Shown: one piece after another, positions 9,015 through 18,170 of the stretch
Numbering within the stretch: position 1 is the stretch's first letter
Layout: each line of letters opens with the position of its first letter
Origin: a virus
Lineage: Duplodnaviria; Caudoviricetes
IMG/VR virus record: IMGVR_UViG_3300023235_001725
Strand: one strand, 5' to 3'
DNA length: 64,000 nt
The notes under the pieces: generated by a model
What the model saw: the letters and a program-made list of their open reading frames with translations, nothing else
The model's database searches: none
Told to the model about the DNA's origin: nothing
Made by a program: the position numbers and the translations under genes

Positions 9015-10400
9015 TCAGTCTTTTAACTTGGAAATCATTTCTCGTGCATCACGGTAGTTCATAATTGCTTTTCGATTATGCTTGTCTACGTTTATAATTT
9101 TAAGCATCACGCATACTTTGAGAAAATCTTTAATTGCTTCTGTAGTCATCTCTAAGCCTATTGACTCAACAGCTATCGTAAAATCACTAAACGTGTATAA
9201 ATTCCCGCCTGGTATAACCTGTCCTTGGATGTAAAGAACACCCAAAAGTCTCATGTACATTTGAGACGTTTCGTCAAGAGAAGAAATATCAATCGCATCT
9301 ACATTATTATTTATGTTTTCTAATACAATCAAATGTGAGTCTTCTGGGATATCCGTGTATACGGGCTCTTTCTTTTCTTCAGCTATCTCTTCTATCTTTA
9401 AAACGTCCGCTTTGGGAATGAAGTCTCCTGTAACGGTTTCTTTATAAACAATCTTATTAGTTCCTAAAGCAGGTTCGGGCTCAGTTGCTGGTCCAGGTTC
9501 TAGAAAAGGTTCGGGCTCAGTTGCTGGTCCAGGTTCTAGAAAAGGTTCGGGCTCAGTTGCTGGTCCAGGTGTTGGAATCTTCTTTAAATCTTCTTCTTCT
9601 TTCCTAACGACCGTCATTTCAACGTTAAAGAAAAGTACGAGCATGATAGCAAATGGGTCAAATATTAAAACAAAAAACCCAAAAAACCCTTTTGTTGCTG
9701 TATCCATCTCCACTCCAAGCATATCCGCAATCATTTTTAACGGAGCTGCTTCACCCTGAGAGAGTTCCCCGCTCATTACAACGATGGAACTGTCGACCAC
9801 TGCGATATTTTCTATCACTAATCCAATCTCATTATTTAGTGAGTCAATGTCGAAGTTAAGTAGAGATATCTCTGTATTTGTTTCTTGTAGAAGGTTTTTT
9901 GCTTCACGTGCACTTCTCCATGCTTGTCTATTTTGAAGTGAGTCCATCCTGTCCTCCTGCTGCTTTCTGAGGCTAGAAAGTCCGTCAGCTCTATTTTCTT
10001 TTCTGTTAATCTGGTCTTCGAATCGAACAACTTTTCCTTTAAGCGATTCTTTTTCTCTTTCTTTAAGTTGAATCTCTTGATTGCCTATTTGAAATTCAGC
10101 ACTCGTCTCGGCATAGCCCCCAATTAGTTGGCCAAATATACCTATAGATGTTAAGGCCATTGCTACGATAATTCCAAATATAGCTCCTGCTCTTTGCAAG
10201 ATTCCAATTTCATTCCATCGCCTGTGAACAAAAGATGCTATAACCAATTTCCCAACCTCTAGCGCTGCTACTAAAAGTATTGCTGCCGTTCCTGCTCCAG
10301 AGGCGAGTTTTCCCACACCTGTTACAGAGAAGAACGCAGCGCATCCTGCCATAAAAAGGGCTGTCAATGCAATTAGGTATGCTCGTAATCGTCTTTTCAT
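9015..10400 (-). CDS. membrane-anchored coiled-coil protein with Pro-rich repeat
   Basis: Three N-terminal hydrophobic segments (AAFFSVTG..KL..G, LEVGKLV), coiled coil, further TM (LIFDPFAIML), then PGPATEPEPFLE repeats. Confidence 0.8.
   Translation of the reverse strand: MKRRLRAYLIALTALFMAGCAAFFSVTGVGKLASGAGTAAILLVAALEVGKLVIASFVHRRWNEIGILQRAGAIFGIIVAMALTSIGIFGQLIGGYAETSAEFQIGNQEIQLKEREKESLKGKVVRFEDQINRKENRADGLSSLRKQQEDRMDSLQNRQAWRSAREAKNLLQETNTEISLLNFDIDSLNNEIGLVIENIAVVDSSIVVMSGELSQGEAAPLKMIADMLGVEMDTATKGFFGFFVLIFDPFAIMLVLFFNVEMTVVRKEEEDLKKIPTPGPATEPEPFLEPGPATEPEPFLEPGPATEPEPALGTNKIVYKETVTGDFIPKADVLKIEEIAEEKKEPVYTDIPEDSHLIVLENINNNVDAIDISSLDETSQMYMRLLGVLYIQGQVIPGGNLYTFSDFTIAVESIGLEMTTEAIKDFLKVCVMLKIINVDKHNRKAIMNYRDAREMISKLKD
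9472..9570 (-). repeat. 36-bp in-frame tandem repeat (about 2.75 copies)
   Basis: GGTTCGGGCTCAGTTGCTGGTCCAGGTTCTAGAAAA unit on the plus strand. Confidence 0.9.
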
Positions 10401-10446
10401 TTATTACAAAGTAACAAAATTATAGTTTAAAGCAAAGATATAATAA

Positions 10447-10881
10447 TTACTTTTCTCCTGGCTCAAGGTCAGTGTGTATGTTATCGCCAATGTTGTTTTT
10501 ATTTTTAAAGACTTTGATTTTTAAATCAATGAAATTTTTTGACTTTCCTATCGCGTGTTCATTGGGACGCAAATCTTTCAAGTGACGTCGAGTCCAGATA
10601 TTAATTTCCCCATCTGGAAGGTAATAGTCTTCATAGTTGTAGTACCACAAGCCTGTTCTACTGTCGTGAAGGTATAGAGGGTGTTGTTCTCCATAAGAAT
10701 AGGCTACATACATTTGCCCAAGCTCGCCTAAATCTTCCCCATAAGTGTGTGACCCAACAAAATTCTCTTGTCTATTTATAAAATCTGCTGCTTCTTTATT
10801 TGTAATTCTTTCTTCATCAAGCTGCTCTTCATCAATGAACTGCTGCAAGGACTCGCGTATTGTTTTCAGTAACCTTTTCAT
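10447..10881 (-). CDS. hypothetical protein, putative late gene
   Basis: ORF track; CTATTTAC upstream; N-terminal LLKTIRESL helix. Confidence 0.7.
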   Translation of the reverse strand: MKRLLKTIRESLQQFIDEEQLDEERITNKEAADFINRQENFVGSHTYGEDLGELGQMYVAYSYGEQHPLYLHDSRTGLWYYNYEDYYLPDGEINIWTRRHLKDLRPNEHAIGKSKNFIDLKIKVFKNKNNIGDNIHTDLEPGEK

Positions 10882-10980
10882 GAACAGTATCTTTTAGATG
10901 TAAATAGGTGATTATTTAAGAATGGAAACCTTTGATTGACTCTTACGTATCTTTTATAAAACTACAATAACAACACTGAC

Positions 10981-11754
10981 ATGAGGATAAAGCATTTATT
11001 CATTATTTTGACTGCCTTGTTAAGTTTTACAATTTTTGCCTTCAACAACCCTAGAGAAGTTGACGCCGATTTTTTTAAACACAGCTCAAGCGTGTCTGTT
11101 TTGGGGGCTCTAGTTCTATCAATGGAAGAAGCTAGATTTGACAAGCGAAAAGACTCTATTTACTCAAACTTGTTAGTTTACAATAAAGACGCTGTAAAGA
11201 CCACGGCAATAAACATTTTAAATGCCATCGAAGCATTCCATTTAGATGAGACTAAGCAAATGTATGAGTATTCTCTTTTTCAACTCTTATATGAATCTAG
11301 AGGAATACATATGAATGGCGGCTCTTTATTGAAATCATCCGCAGGCGCTCTGGGGATTTGTCAAATAAAATCTACTACAGCATTTCATTATTTAAAACTA
11401 GTAATGGGCGAGGATGACATGGATTTTCTAAGCAGTCTTGGTGCCACCCCTATTTCATTTACAGTAAATGATAAAGTCTCAAAAGTAGTTAATGGCGATG
11501 GTAAAGCTATTTGGATTACTCCTGTAAAAACTAAGAAAAAAGTTGCTAAATGGATGGAGAATGAAAAAAACTCTACTCTCTTGTGGGGTTTTATAATGAG
11601 GCGTAACACCGACAAATACGGTCACATAAATGCGCTCGTTATTTATAACACTGGAAAAGGTACTTGGGGTAAGCTTAGAAAGTCTGGATTCAATATGAAT
11701 TCCCATTCTTATCTTCGAGGGATTCGAAAAGTGGAAAAAGTATTAAACAACTAA
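10981..11754 (+). CDS. secreted lytic transglycosylase (SLT-like)
   Basis: N-terminal hydrophobic signal; catalytic LLYESRG, SSAGALGICQI, ALVIYNTG motifs. Confidence 0.8.
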   Translation: MRIKHLFIILTALLSFTIFAFNNPREVDADFFKHSSSVSVLGALVLSMEEARFDKRKDSIYSNLLVYNKDAVKTTAINILNAIEAFHLDETKQMYEYSLFQLLYESRGIHMNGGSLLKSSAGALGICQIKSTTAFHYLKLVMGEDDMDFLSSLGATPISFTVNDKVSKVVNGDGKAIWITPVKTKKKVAKWMENEKNSTLLWGFIMRRNTDKYGHINALVIYNTGKGTWGKLRKSGFNMNSHSYLRGIRKVEKVLNN

Positions 11755-11819
11755 AGAATATTCAACCTTTTGTCGTGAACAACCTATCTGATGAATGGGT
11801 TTTTCGCTTGGTCATATAA

Positions 11820-11856
11820 AAAAAGCGGTTGATGAATAATTCATCAACCGCTTTTT
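11820..11856. terminator. bidirectional intrinsic terminator
   Basis: AAAAAGCGGTTGATGAA-TAA-TTCATCAACCGCTTTTT between convergent genes. Confidence 0.85.
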
Positions 11857-11883
11857 AACATGTAATTTCAGCAGAGACTTCCT

Positions 11884-12456
11884 TTAGAAAGGAAGGTCGT
11901 CACTTGATTCGTTAAAATCATTTTGAGTAAAAGACTGACCTTGTGGTTGACCTTGTGGTTGACCTTGTGGTTGACCTTGTGGTTGACCTTGTGGTTGACC
12001 TTGTGGTTGACCTTGTGGTTGACCTTGTGGCTGACCCTGTGGCTGACCTTGTCCCGCATACTCGTTTACGTTTTGCTGCGCCTGACCTTGATTGCTTGAT
12101 TGCTCACGCTGATTAGGGAGAAGCGTTAGCTTCCTAGCATGTACATAAGCTTTTTCTTTTTTCTGGCCAGATTCTTTATCTACCCAGCTGTTGTAGCGAA
12201 GTTCTCCTTCTATTAGTAAGGAGTTTCCTTTTTTTGTGAAGTTTTTCACCACATCCGCTTGAGCACCCCACACCTCTATAGTATGCCAGTGCGAATCCTG
12301 TTGCTTGTTTCCACTCGCGTCCATGTAAGTGCGGTTTGTCACCATGTTTATTAAAGCTTTTGGCGTAGTCTTGCCTGAGGCTTTTGAAGTAATCTGGCTA
12401 TACTCTGGGTCACTACCTAAAGTTCCGCAAAGAGTTACACTGTTAAATCCGTCCAT
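11884..12456 (-). CDS. ssb: single-stranded DNA-binding protein
   Basis: NSVTLCGTLGSDPE, WHTIEVWG, IEGELRYNSW, acidic C-terminal tip DDLPF; start placed at MDGFN (12456). Confidence 0.93.
   Translation of the reverse strand: MDGFNSVTLCGTLGSDPEYSQITSKASGKTTPKALINMVTNRTYMDASGNKQQDSHWHTIEVWGAQADVVKNFTKKGNSLLIEGELRYNSWVDKESGQKKEKAYVHARKLTLLPNQREQSSNQGQAQQNVNEYAGQGQPQGQPQGQPQGQPQGQPQGQPQGQPQGQPQGQPQGQSFTQNDFNESSDDLPF
11936..12052 (-). repeat. 12-bp microsatellite encoding (GQPQ)n in the SSB linker, about 10 copies
   Basis: TGACCTTGTGGT tandem unit. Confidence 0.95.
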
Positions 12457-12658
12457 TTTGTTGTTTTTTGTTGTGTTTTTGTGAAGCCAAACATTAGCCT
12501 CCTGTCCAATTGTAAATTTATAATTTATCTTTATAATTATAATACATTTAGCAAGTATTTTAAAGGTTTTTTTAAACATTTGTTTAACTTTTTTTATATC
12601 AGACAAGATATAGGTGAAAAAGGGCTTTTTAGGCTTATTTATGTGAAAGCATAATCAA

Positions 12659-14164
12659 ATGAGTAAGAAGAAAATCTTTAGTCTGGTCGAGAACTTTGTA
12701 AAGGCCTTTGAGAAAAAATACAGTTTGATTTCAGAAGCCGACGAAGAGGCTCCGAAATCGGCTAGCCCTGAAGCTAGAGAAATGCGCAAACAAGTTATCA
12801 ACGCCTTGATAGCTCCTCAGCCTAATAGGGAAGGGAAAGTAAAACCTCCAGCTACCGCTCAGAAGGCGGAGGAAATGGCTAAGGCAATAGTTTCTAGGGG
12901 AGCTGCTGCACGAACCATGATTAAAGGAAAGAGTAGTTACATAAATTACCAAACAACAATTGGAGATGCTAATAAAGGAGATTTAGGGGCTTCTGCAGAG
13001 TCTCAAACATTGGATTTGGTAATTGAGCTTCTAGTCCAAGCATATAATACTCCGCTAGGTGAGGAAGGGCCACTTAGCCTTTCTGCTGTGACTCCTGAGA
13101 TGAAGAGAAACATTATAGATGGACTTCGTTTTATATTTTTTCCTCTTGATGCTGCTGGGAACCCGACGCCTTTCTTTTTCTGGACATGGTATGGGCCTCA
13201 GGTTGGGATGAGTGTTCAGCTTTATAAGCCGCGAAAAGTAAATCCTGACACAGGGCAAGATTACGTAAACAAAGAGGCTATGGTCGAATATTCTCTTGAA
13301 GCTTATGATTACATTGCTTCATACACCATTCCTACGGCTTTAGCGAGAGAAGTAGCTAGTTCTGGCGAAAAGACATCGAGTTACATAATTGGCTCCACTA
13401 GAAATAGAATTAGCAAGATTATGTCTAATGATTCAAAGTTTGGTGACGTTGGTTTTGGTGGGACTAAGGGTCAGAGGCAAGATAGAAGCGGCACACCAAG
13501 AGGGCGGTCAATGAATATAAGTACTGATGTAGACAAGGATTATGAAAAACTCCAAGGAGACGATGAAGCTTATTTTGACATCTCTAAATACGGTGACTTA
13601 GGTGCGAGTGCTGCTCAAGACATAGAAGCGGCTCTTTACGCTCTAGGCGGAACAAAGCCACCAATGCACCAAAAGCAAATGTATTCAGCCGTAATCTCTA
13701 ACAATGAGAAATTTGACAGCTTGAAAAGCTTTGCTGAATGGATGGTTGATAATGTGTCTCAATATCCAGCTATCTCTGAGTACTTCGGAAACTGGCCTGG
13801 AGAAGACTCTAAGTTCTATGTGAAAAAGACAATGAACGAAATTGCATCACTGTTTAAAAGTGGTAAGTTCCTAAAAGTTCGACAAGAAGTTTTTGATGAA
13901 AAGTATGCAAAAATAATCAATAAAAACCCAGAGTTAGGGGCGAGTTTTGCTGGCGACTTCTTTGGACTCGACGCAAATGCAGACGATAGCTCTAAAACAA
14001 TGGGTGGATACGACCCTGTCTCAGGAAAAGAGTGGGGAGCAGTTGGAGACGACGGCGAACGTTATGCTCAAGTTGATGACCCAGACGCTTTCTACGCAAA
14101 TCTTGAAGAGGCTGTGAACTTTAGATTGTTTGAATTAGCTTTGAACCGCGCTCTACTAATCTAA
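12659..14164 (+). CDS. hypothetical 501-aa protein, putative late/virion protein
   Basis: Long ORF; TATTTAT motif at 12636-12642. Confidence 0.8.
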   Translation: MSKKKIFSLVENFVKAFEKKYSLISEADEEAPKSASPEAREMRKQVINALIAPQPNREGKVKPPATAQKAEEMAKAIVSRGAAARTMIKGKSSYINYQTTIGDANKGDLGASAESQTLDLVIELLVQAYNTPLGEEGPLSLSAVTPEMKRNIIDGLRFIFFPLDAAGNPTPFFFWTWYGPQVGMSVQLYKPRKVNPDTGQDYVNKEAMVEYSLEAYDYIASYTIPTALAREVASSGEKTSSYIIGSTRNRISKIMSNDSKFGDVGFGGTKGQRQDRSGTPRGRSMNISTDVDKDYEKLQGDDEAYFDISKYGDLGASAAQDIEAALYALGGTKPPMHQKQMYSAVISNNEKFDSLKSFAEWMVDNVSQYPAISEYFGNWPGEDSKFYVKKTMNEIASLFKSGKFLKVRQEVFDEKYAKIINKNPELGASFAGDFFGLDANADDSSKTMGGYDPVSGKEWGAVGDDGERYAQVDDPDAFYANLEEAVNFRLFELALNRALLI

Positions 14165-14434
14165 TAAAATTTCTATCTCTCTCAAAAAATTCTCAAACTC
14201 GGAAGGGTTTGGGAATTTTTGCTTTAGAGAGATTGCTAATTTGCCCCAATCGTCGTCCCACATCGTTGTGTTGTTCGATTTAGTTACTCCATTTTCTCTA
14301 AGGAAAGCATTTCCCGCAGTTACTATTGAAGCAACTTCATTCGTTTTAAACCAGTTCTTAACGATTGCTCTTGTGATGTCTTCCTCTGTTATCTCAACAT
14401 CAACATTGATGCTCTTTTTTACGTACAATGCCAT
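14156..14434 (-). CDS. hypothetical protein
   Basis: ORF track. Confidence 0.65.
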   Translation of the reverse strand: MALYVKKSINVDVEITEEDITRAIVKNWFKTNEVASIVTAGNAFLRENGVTKSNNTTMWDDDWGKLAISLKQKFPNPSEFENFLREIEILLD

Positions 14435-14467
14435 TATAATTTGATTATTGTGTTATAGCAAAACTAT

Positions 14468-14502
14468 AAAAAAAAAAGGGTTGACATCGCACCGCCAACC
14501 CT
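14468..14502 (-). terminator. intrinsic terminator
   Basis: AAGGGTTG...CAACCCTT stem followed by a long U-tract on the minus strand. Confidence 0.75.
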
Positions 14503-14522
14503 TCCTTTTCAGACTAATGCTC

Positions 14523-14780
14523 TTAAAGAGCCTTTACCACTACGGTATCAAAGTCGTTGGATTCTACTTTTACAATAGTTCCAGCGTCAGTGATTTTATA
14601 TATAAGTCCTTTTGTGTCAAAAAACAGCTTATCATAGTTCATTGTTGCAGAGTGCTCTATAACTAGACCAGTTTTTTTGTTTCTTATCATAATTCGGGGC
14701 TTGACATCTGTTGCCAAATAGGATTCAAAAATCTTATTTGCGTCCGAATGAAATGATTCATTTTGTACTTGCTCTTGCAT
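14523..14780 (-). CDS. hypothetical protein
   Basis: ORF track. Confidence 0.65.
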   Translation of the reverse strand: MQEQVQNESFHSDANKIFESYLATDVKPRIMIRNKKTGLVIEHSATMNYDKLFFDTKGLIYKITDAGTIVKVESNDFDTVVVKAL

Positions 14781-14793
14781 GGGACAAATATAA

Positions 14794-15249
14794 TCACCTA
14801 TTCTTGAAAAATCTAATTAAGTTCTCTACAATTCGGACATCGTTTTCAAAAAACTCAGCCAAATCGTCTAACATGTTTTCTGGAAGGTCGTCTAGTTTAA
14901 ACCAGCCCCAACCAGAAGCTTCTTTTTCAGTTTCGATATCTGGAATCCATTCTGCATCAAACAAACCAGCATAAATGTAATATTTAAAATGATTAGTGTT
15001 TATGATATCGATTGGTCTATTTGATATTTTATAGTCGATTTTGCATCTAGTCTCTTCCCAAAACTCTCTTTTGGCACAGTCCTTTGGAGTTTTATCTTGA
15101 CCTTCCTCGAATCCTCCTCCCCAGGTTGCCCATTCAAGCGGATTGCTTTGGTGCTCGCCACGTTTACATAGCAAGACTCGTCCTGTTGTGTAACATATAG
15201 GAAGGATTCCTGCTCCAATTAGTTTGTGCTTTAGTTCGTGCTCTTTCAT
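14794..15249 (-). CDS. Nudix hydrolase
   Basis: Nudix box WGGGFEEGQDKTPKDCAKREFWEET; start placed at MKEHEL, directly after CTATTTAT (alternative ATG at 15285). Confidence 0.85.
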   Translation of the reverse strand: MKEHELKHKLIGAGILPICYTTGRVLLCKRGEHQSNPLEWATWGGGFEEGQDKTPKDCAKREFWEETRCKIDYKISNRPIDIINTNHFKYYIYAGLFDAEWIPDIETEKEASGWGWFKLDDLPENMLDDLAEFFENDVRIVENLIRFFKNR

Positions 15250-15546
15250 TACTAATAAATAGAGTTCTTTCTTTGTTTGTTCCATGTCTCCATAACTAAG
15301 ATTGGAACCGCAATAAACAAGAAGAAAGCCGATGTGAATAAGAAGACGGTTGGAATTATTAAACAATAAACAACTAAGAGCGCAAAGGTGTTTCGTAACA
15401 TGAAATAGTGCTTTGTTATAGGTAGTCTGAAATATTATGACTAATGTTTATGTTGTTAGCGGTTTCTAAAAATTTGTAGTGCTTTTCTGTCAAAGACATA
15501 AAAAAATTAATGTCATGAAAACTGTGCCACGTGGTTGCTTTTTTTT

Positions 15547-17010
15547 TCACATGATTCCCCATAACATATAAAAAAGCTTGTGCTTAGCTCTTGTTACTGC
15601 GACATAATGAATATTCTGTGCCTCTCTGTCTTTGGCATCATAATTGAAACTTACTTTCTTGAGCTCTTTTTTTGGAAGGACGAAGCCATTGTCTATTAAT
15701 ATCTCTGGTGCACATGAGTTAACCACTACTACGTCTTCAAACTCTCTTCCTTTTGATTTATGAATGGTAGTAATAAATTTTTTAGAATCTTCGTTGATTT
15801 TTATGAACGCTATAAGCTCTTGTGGAGAGTCAAAGTGACTTTGCATATCTTTCACTTTTCTATCTAAAACAGGATTTGATTTGTTTTTTTTCATATCATC
15901 CAAATCTTTTTTTGTGAGATAATTTTCATACCTCATTGGGTACCTTTCCACCAGTAGCTTCTTTTCTAATTGTCGAATCACTGCGTTAGTTCGAACCAGG
16001 ACGGCGCACTCTCTTGAATTATCAAGAATTGTTATCAATTCTTGAGTGCTAGTTCTAATGATGTAATCCACTTCTCCAGGCATTGGGGAATTGGGCTGTG
16101 CTTCTAATTCTGAATACGAGTTTGAATTATTAACGATTTCAATGTCACTTCTAAAGTTAACTGTCAGCGTCATTTCTTTTGATTTGCGCCTATCTGAGAG
16201 CATTTTAATCAATCGATTCGCGTTTGCTCCAGAGTATCCGTATATTGACTGAAATATGTCTCCAATTAAGTAGTAGTATCGAGCGTTTAAAGATAAAAGA
16301 ACCCTTAACTGCAAGGCAGATGTGTCTTGGAACTCGTCCACAAAAATATAATCATACTTACCTTTGAACATTTTAAGCCATTTATCATCCTTGAAAAGTT
16401 TATCAACCTCTATCAACATGTCTGAGAAATCGCGAGCGTAAGTTTCTCTCTGAAACCTTTCGTACTCCAAGAGAAAGTTTGGAAAAGCAGACTTTTCACC
16501 TTCGGCCTGCATAAGCTTGTAGGCAGCTATTTTAGACGAAATAACATCTGCACTGGTGTACATTTCACTGATATTTGTGTAAAACTCTTCTTTCTCTTCC
16601 GACGATGCGTGTCTTGGTGGAGAAAATTGTTCTTTATACCATTTGACAAAGTCAAACCAGCTTGTTACATCTTTCCATTTGCCAGCCTTATTAAGGATAT
16701 GGAAGCAGAATGAGTGAATTGTTGTTATTTTAATTTGGTCATTTCCAATTCTCGATTTTAATTCTTCGGTCGCAGCCTTTGTAAAAGAGAAAAAGATAAT
16801 TCTAGATGGGTCAACCCCGCGTCTAATTAAATTTTTTAGTCGTTCAACACAGGAAAAAGTTTTACCGCTTCCTGCAACTGCAGATAAGACAATAGACTCT
16901 TTTCCTTTGAACTCAATAAATGTCCTTTGCTCTTCTGTAAGTTGTCTGTCGTGAATCTCGTCGAAAATGTCAATTTGGCTAAGGTCTCTTCCTTTTTGCT
17001 TTTTTGCCAT
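15547..17010 (-). CDS. uvrD: UvrD/Rep/PcrA-family SF1 helicase
   Basis: AVAGSGKT, TIHSF, FVDEFQD, GDIFQSIYGY, NFRS, TIHKSKGREF, HYVAVTRAK. Confidence 0.92.
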   Translation of the reverse strand: MAKKQKGRDLSQIDIFDEIHDRQLTEEQRTFIEFKGKESIVLSAVAGSGKTFSCVERLKNLIRRGVDPSRIIFFSFTKAATEELKSRIGNDQIKITTIHSFCFHILNKAGKWKDVTSWFDFVKWYKEQFSPPRHASSEEKEEFYTNISEMYTSADVISSKIAAYKLMQAEGEKSAFPNFLLEYERFQRETYARDFSDMLIEVDKLFKDDKWLKMFKGKYDYIFVDEFQDTSALQLRVLLSLNARYYYLIGDIFQSIYGYSGANANRLIKMLSDRRKSKEMTLTVNFRSDIEIVNNSNSYSELEAQPNSPMPGEVDYIIRTSTQELITILDNSRECAVLVRTNAVIRQLEKKLLVERYPMRYENYLTKKDLDDMKKNKSNPVLDRKVKDMQSHFDSPQELIAFIKINEDSKKFITTIHKSKGREFEDVVVVNSCAPEILIDNGFVLPKKELKKVSFNYDAKDREAQNIHYVAVTRAKHKLFYMLWGIM

Positions 17011-17021
17011 TCTCTAGTTTG

Positions 17022-17852
17022 TTATTGAGGTTGAGGAGTGTTCATTTTTTTAATGAAACTCTCAATGATGTTTTTTGTGTCTCTAGGAGTTTTTTCTGAA
17101 TTTATCATCCACGTGATATACCCCATATCTGTTGTAACGATTTCATCCAATGGTCTTCCTTTATACTTTCCAAAGTTCAGGTTGATTTTTCCGCTGTCGT
17201 CTTTTACAAGCTGCCCTTTCATATCAACTGCGCCTTTTCCTTTTCCGAATGTCTCAGAAATAGATGATGTGTTGTTGTTGAATGACTTTTCAACTCCGTT
17301 TTTGTCTGTAATTATTTGACCTTGATGTTTATCAATCATCCCATTAAGGATTTTGACATAGTTCACGGTGTGGGCCTCGCTACCAATCGGAGCTCCTCTC
17401 ATGAAATCTTGATTCGCAAATTGCGCTGATGCCTGGATGAAGTCTCTTGGAGATATCTGGTGATACATAGACTGTAGGTCTACGATGTTTCGGTCTGAAC
17501 AAGAAAACGCAAGGCCTGCTCTTGCAAACTCTTCCATTAAAAAGTTGAGGTCGAATTCAACATTGAACCCCGCGATGTCTGCATCGCCAATAAAGCGGTG
17601 AAGATTTTGAGCTATGCTGAAAAATGTGGGTTGACTGCTCACTATATCATCGGTGATGCCGTTCCTACTTGATGCCTCCTCTGGGATGGGCATTTCGGGG
17701 TTAATTAGTCTTGTCCCTGTCTTTTGTGTGCCGTCTGGGTTGTATCGAGTGATTGTGAGTTGTACAATCCTATCCAAATTCGGCTTTAACCCTGTCGTAT
17801 GCGCCTTAATGAATACGATGGACTTTGTGAGCTGTAAATTCAATGTATCCAT
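17022..17852 (-). CDS. DnaQ/epsilon-like 3'-5' exonuclease fold with substituted catalytic residues
   Basis: Exo I reads FIKAHTTG (canonical D-x-E-T-T-G); Exo II GFNVEFDL retained; Exo III H/D not found; C-terminal LNFGKYKG..LDEI...GYITW domain. Confidence 0.85.
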   Translation of the reverse strand: MDTLNLQLTKSIVFIKAHTTGLKPNLDRIVQLTITRYNPDGTQKTGTRLINPEMPIPEEASSRNGITDDIVSSQPTFFSIAQNLHRFIGDADIAGFNVEFDLNFLMEEFARAGLAFSCSDRNIVDLQSMYHQISPRDFIQASAQFANQDFMRGAPIGSEAHTVNYVKILNGMIDKHQGQIITDKNGVEKSFNNNTSSISETFGKGKGAVDMKGQLVKDDSGKINLNFGKYKGRPLDEIVTTDMGYITWMINSEKTPRDTKNIIESFIKKMNTPQPQ

Positions 17853-17894
17853 GATTTTTGTATTTATAATCCAAAAGTATAACTTTTTTTGGAA

Positions 17895-18170
17895 TTATAA
17901 CCATGATTCTTCAATCATTTTTCTCCTCGCTTCTAAATCAAGAGGACTCCATAATTCAACTGTTTCTTCTTGAAAATCAACCTCTTCATCCTTTGCCCAA
18001 AACCATCGAACCTGACTCACATTCTCTACAGTGTTGTATAGAAAGTGCCCGTCCTCCTCCACGGAGCTTTTAATCAAAAGCTCCCCATTAGGGATGCAAT
18101 TCCCATTTGAAAATATTTTAACCTCTTTAAGTCGATAATAAGCTACCTGTGTTTCAACACACTTACTCAC
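17895..18170 (-). CDS. hypothetical protein
   Basis: ORF track. Confidence 0.6.
   Translation of the reverse strand: MSKCVETQVAYYRLKEVKIFSNGNCIPNGELLIKSSVEEDGHFLYNTVENVSQVRWFWAKDEEVDFQEETVELWSPLDLEARRKMIEESWL

Noticed and set aside
12457-12606. Extended N-terminus of SSB in the ORF track
   Set aside because: AT-rich intergenic sequence; the OB fold starts at MDGFN.
15250-15546. Upstream extension of the Nudix ORF and small ORFs in the gap
   Set aside because: No recognisable motifs, and a better start follows the TATTTAT motif; the tiny ORFs are unsupported.
17866-17873. T4-type TATAAATA on the coding strand upstream of the dead dnaQ
   Set aside because: Single occurrence in an AT-rich region; the structural genes use the opposite orientation, and a TAnnTTTG box is adjacent.
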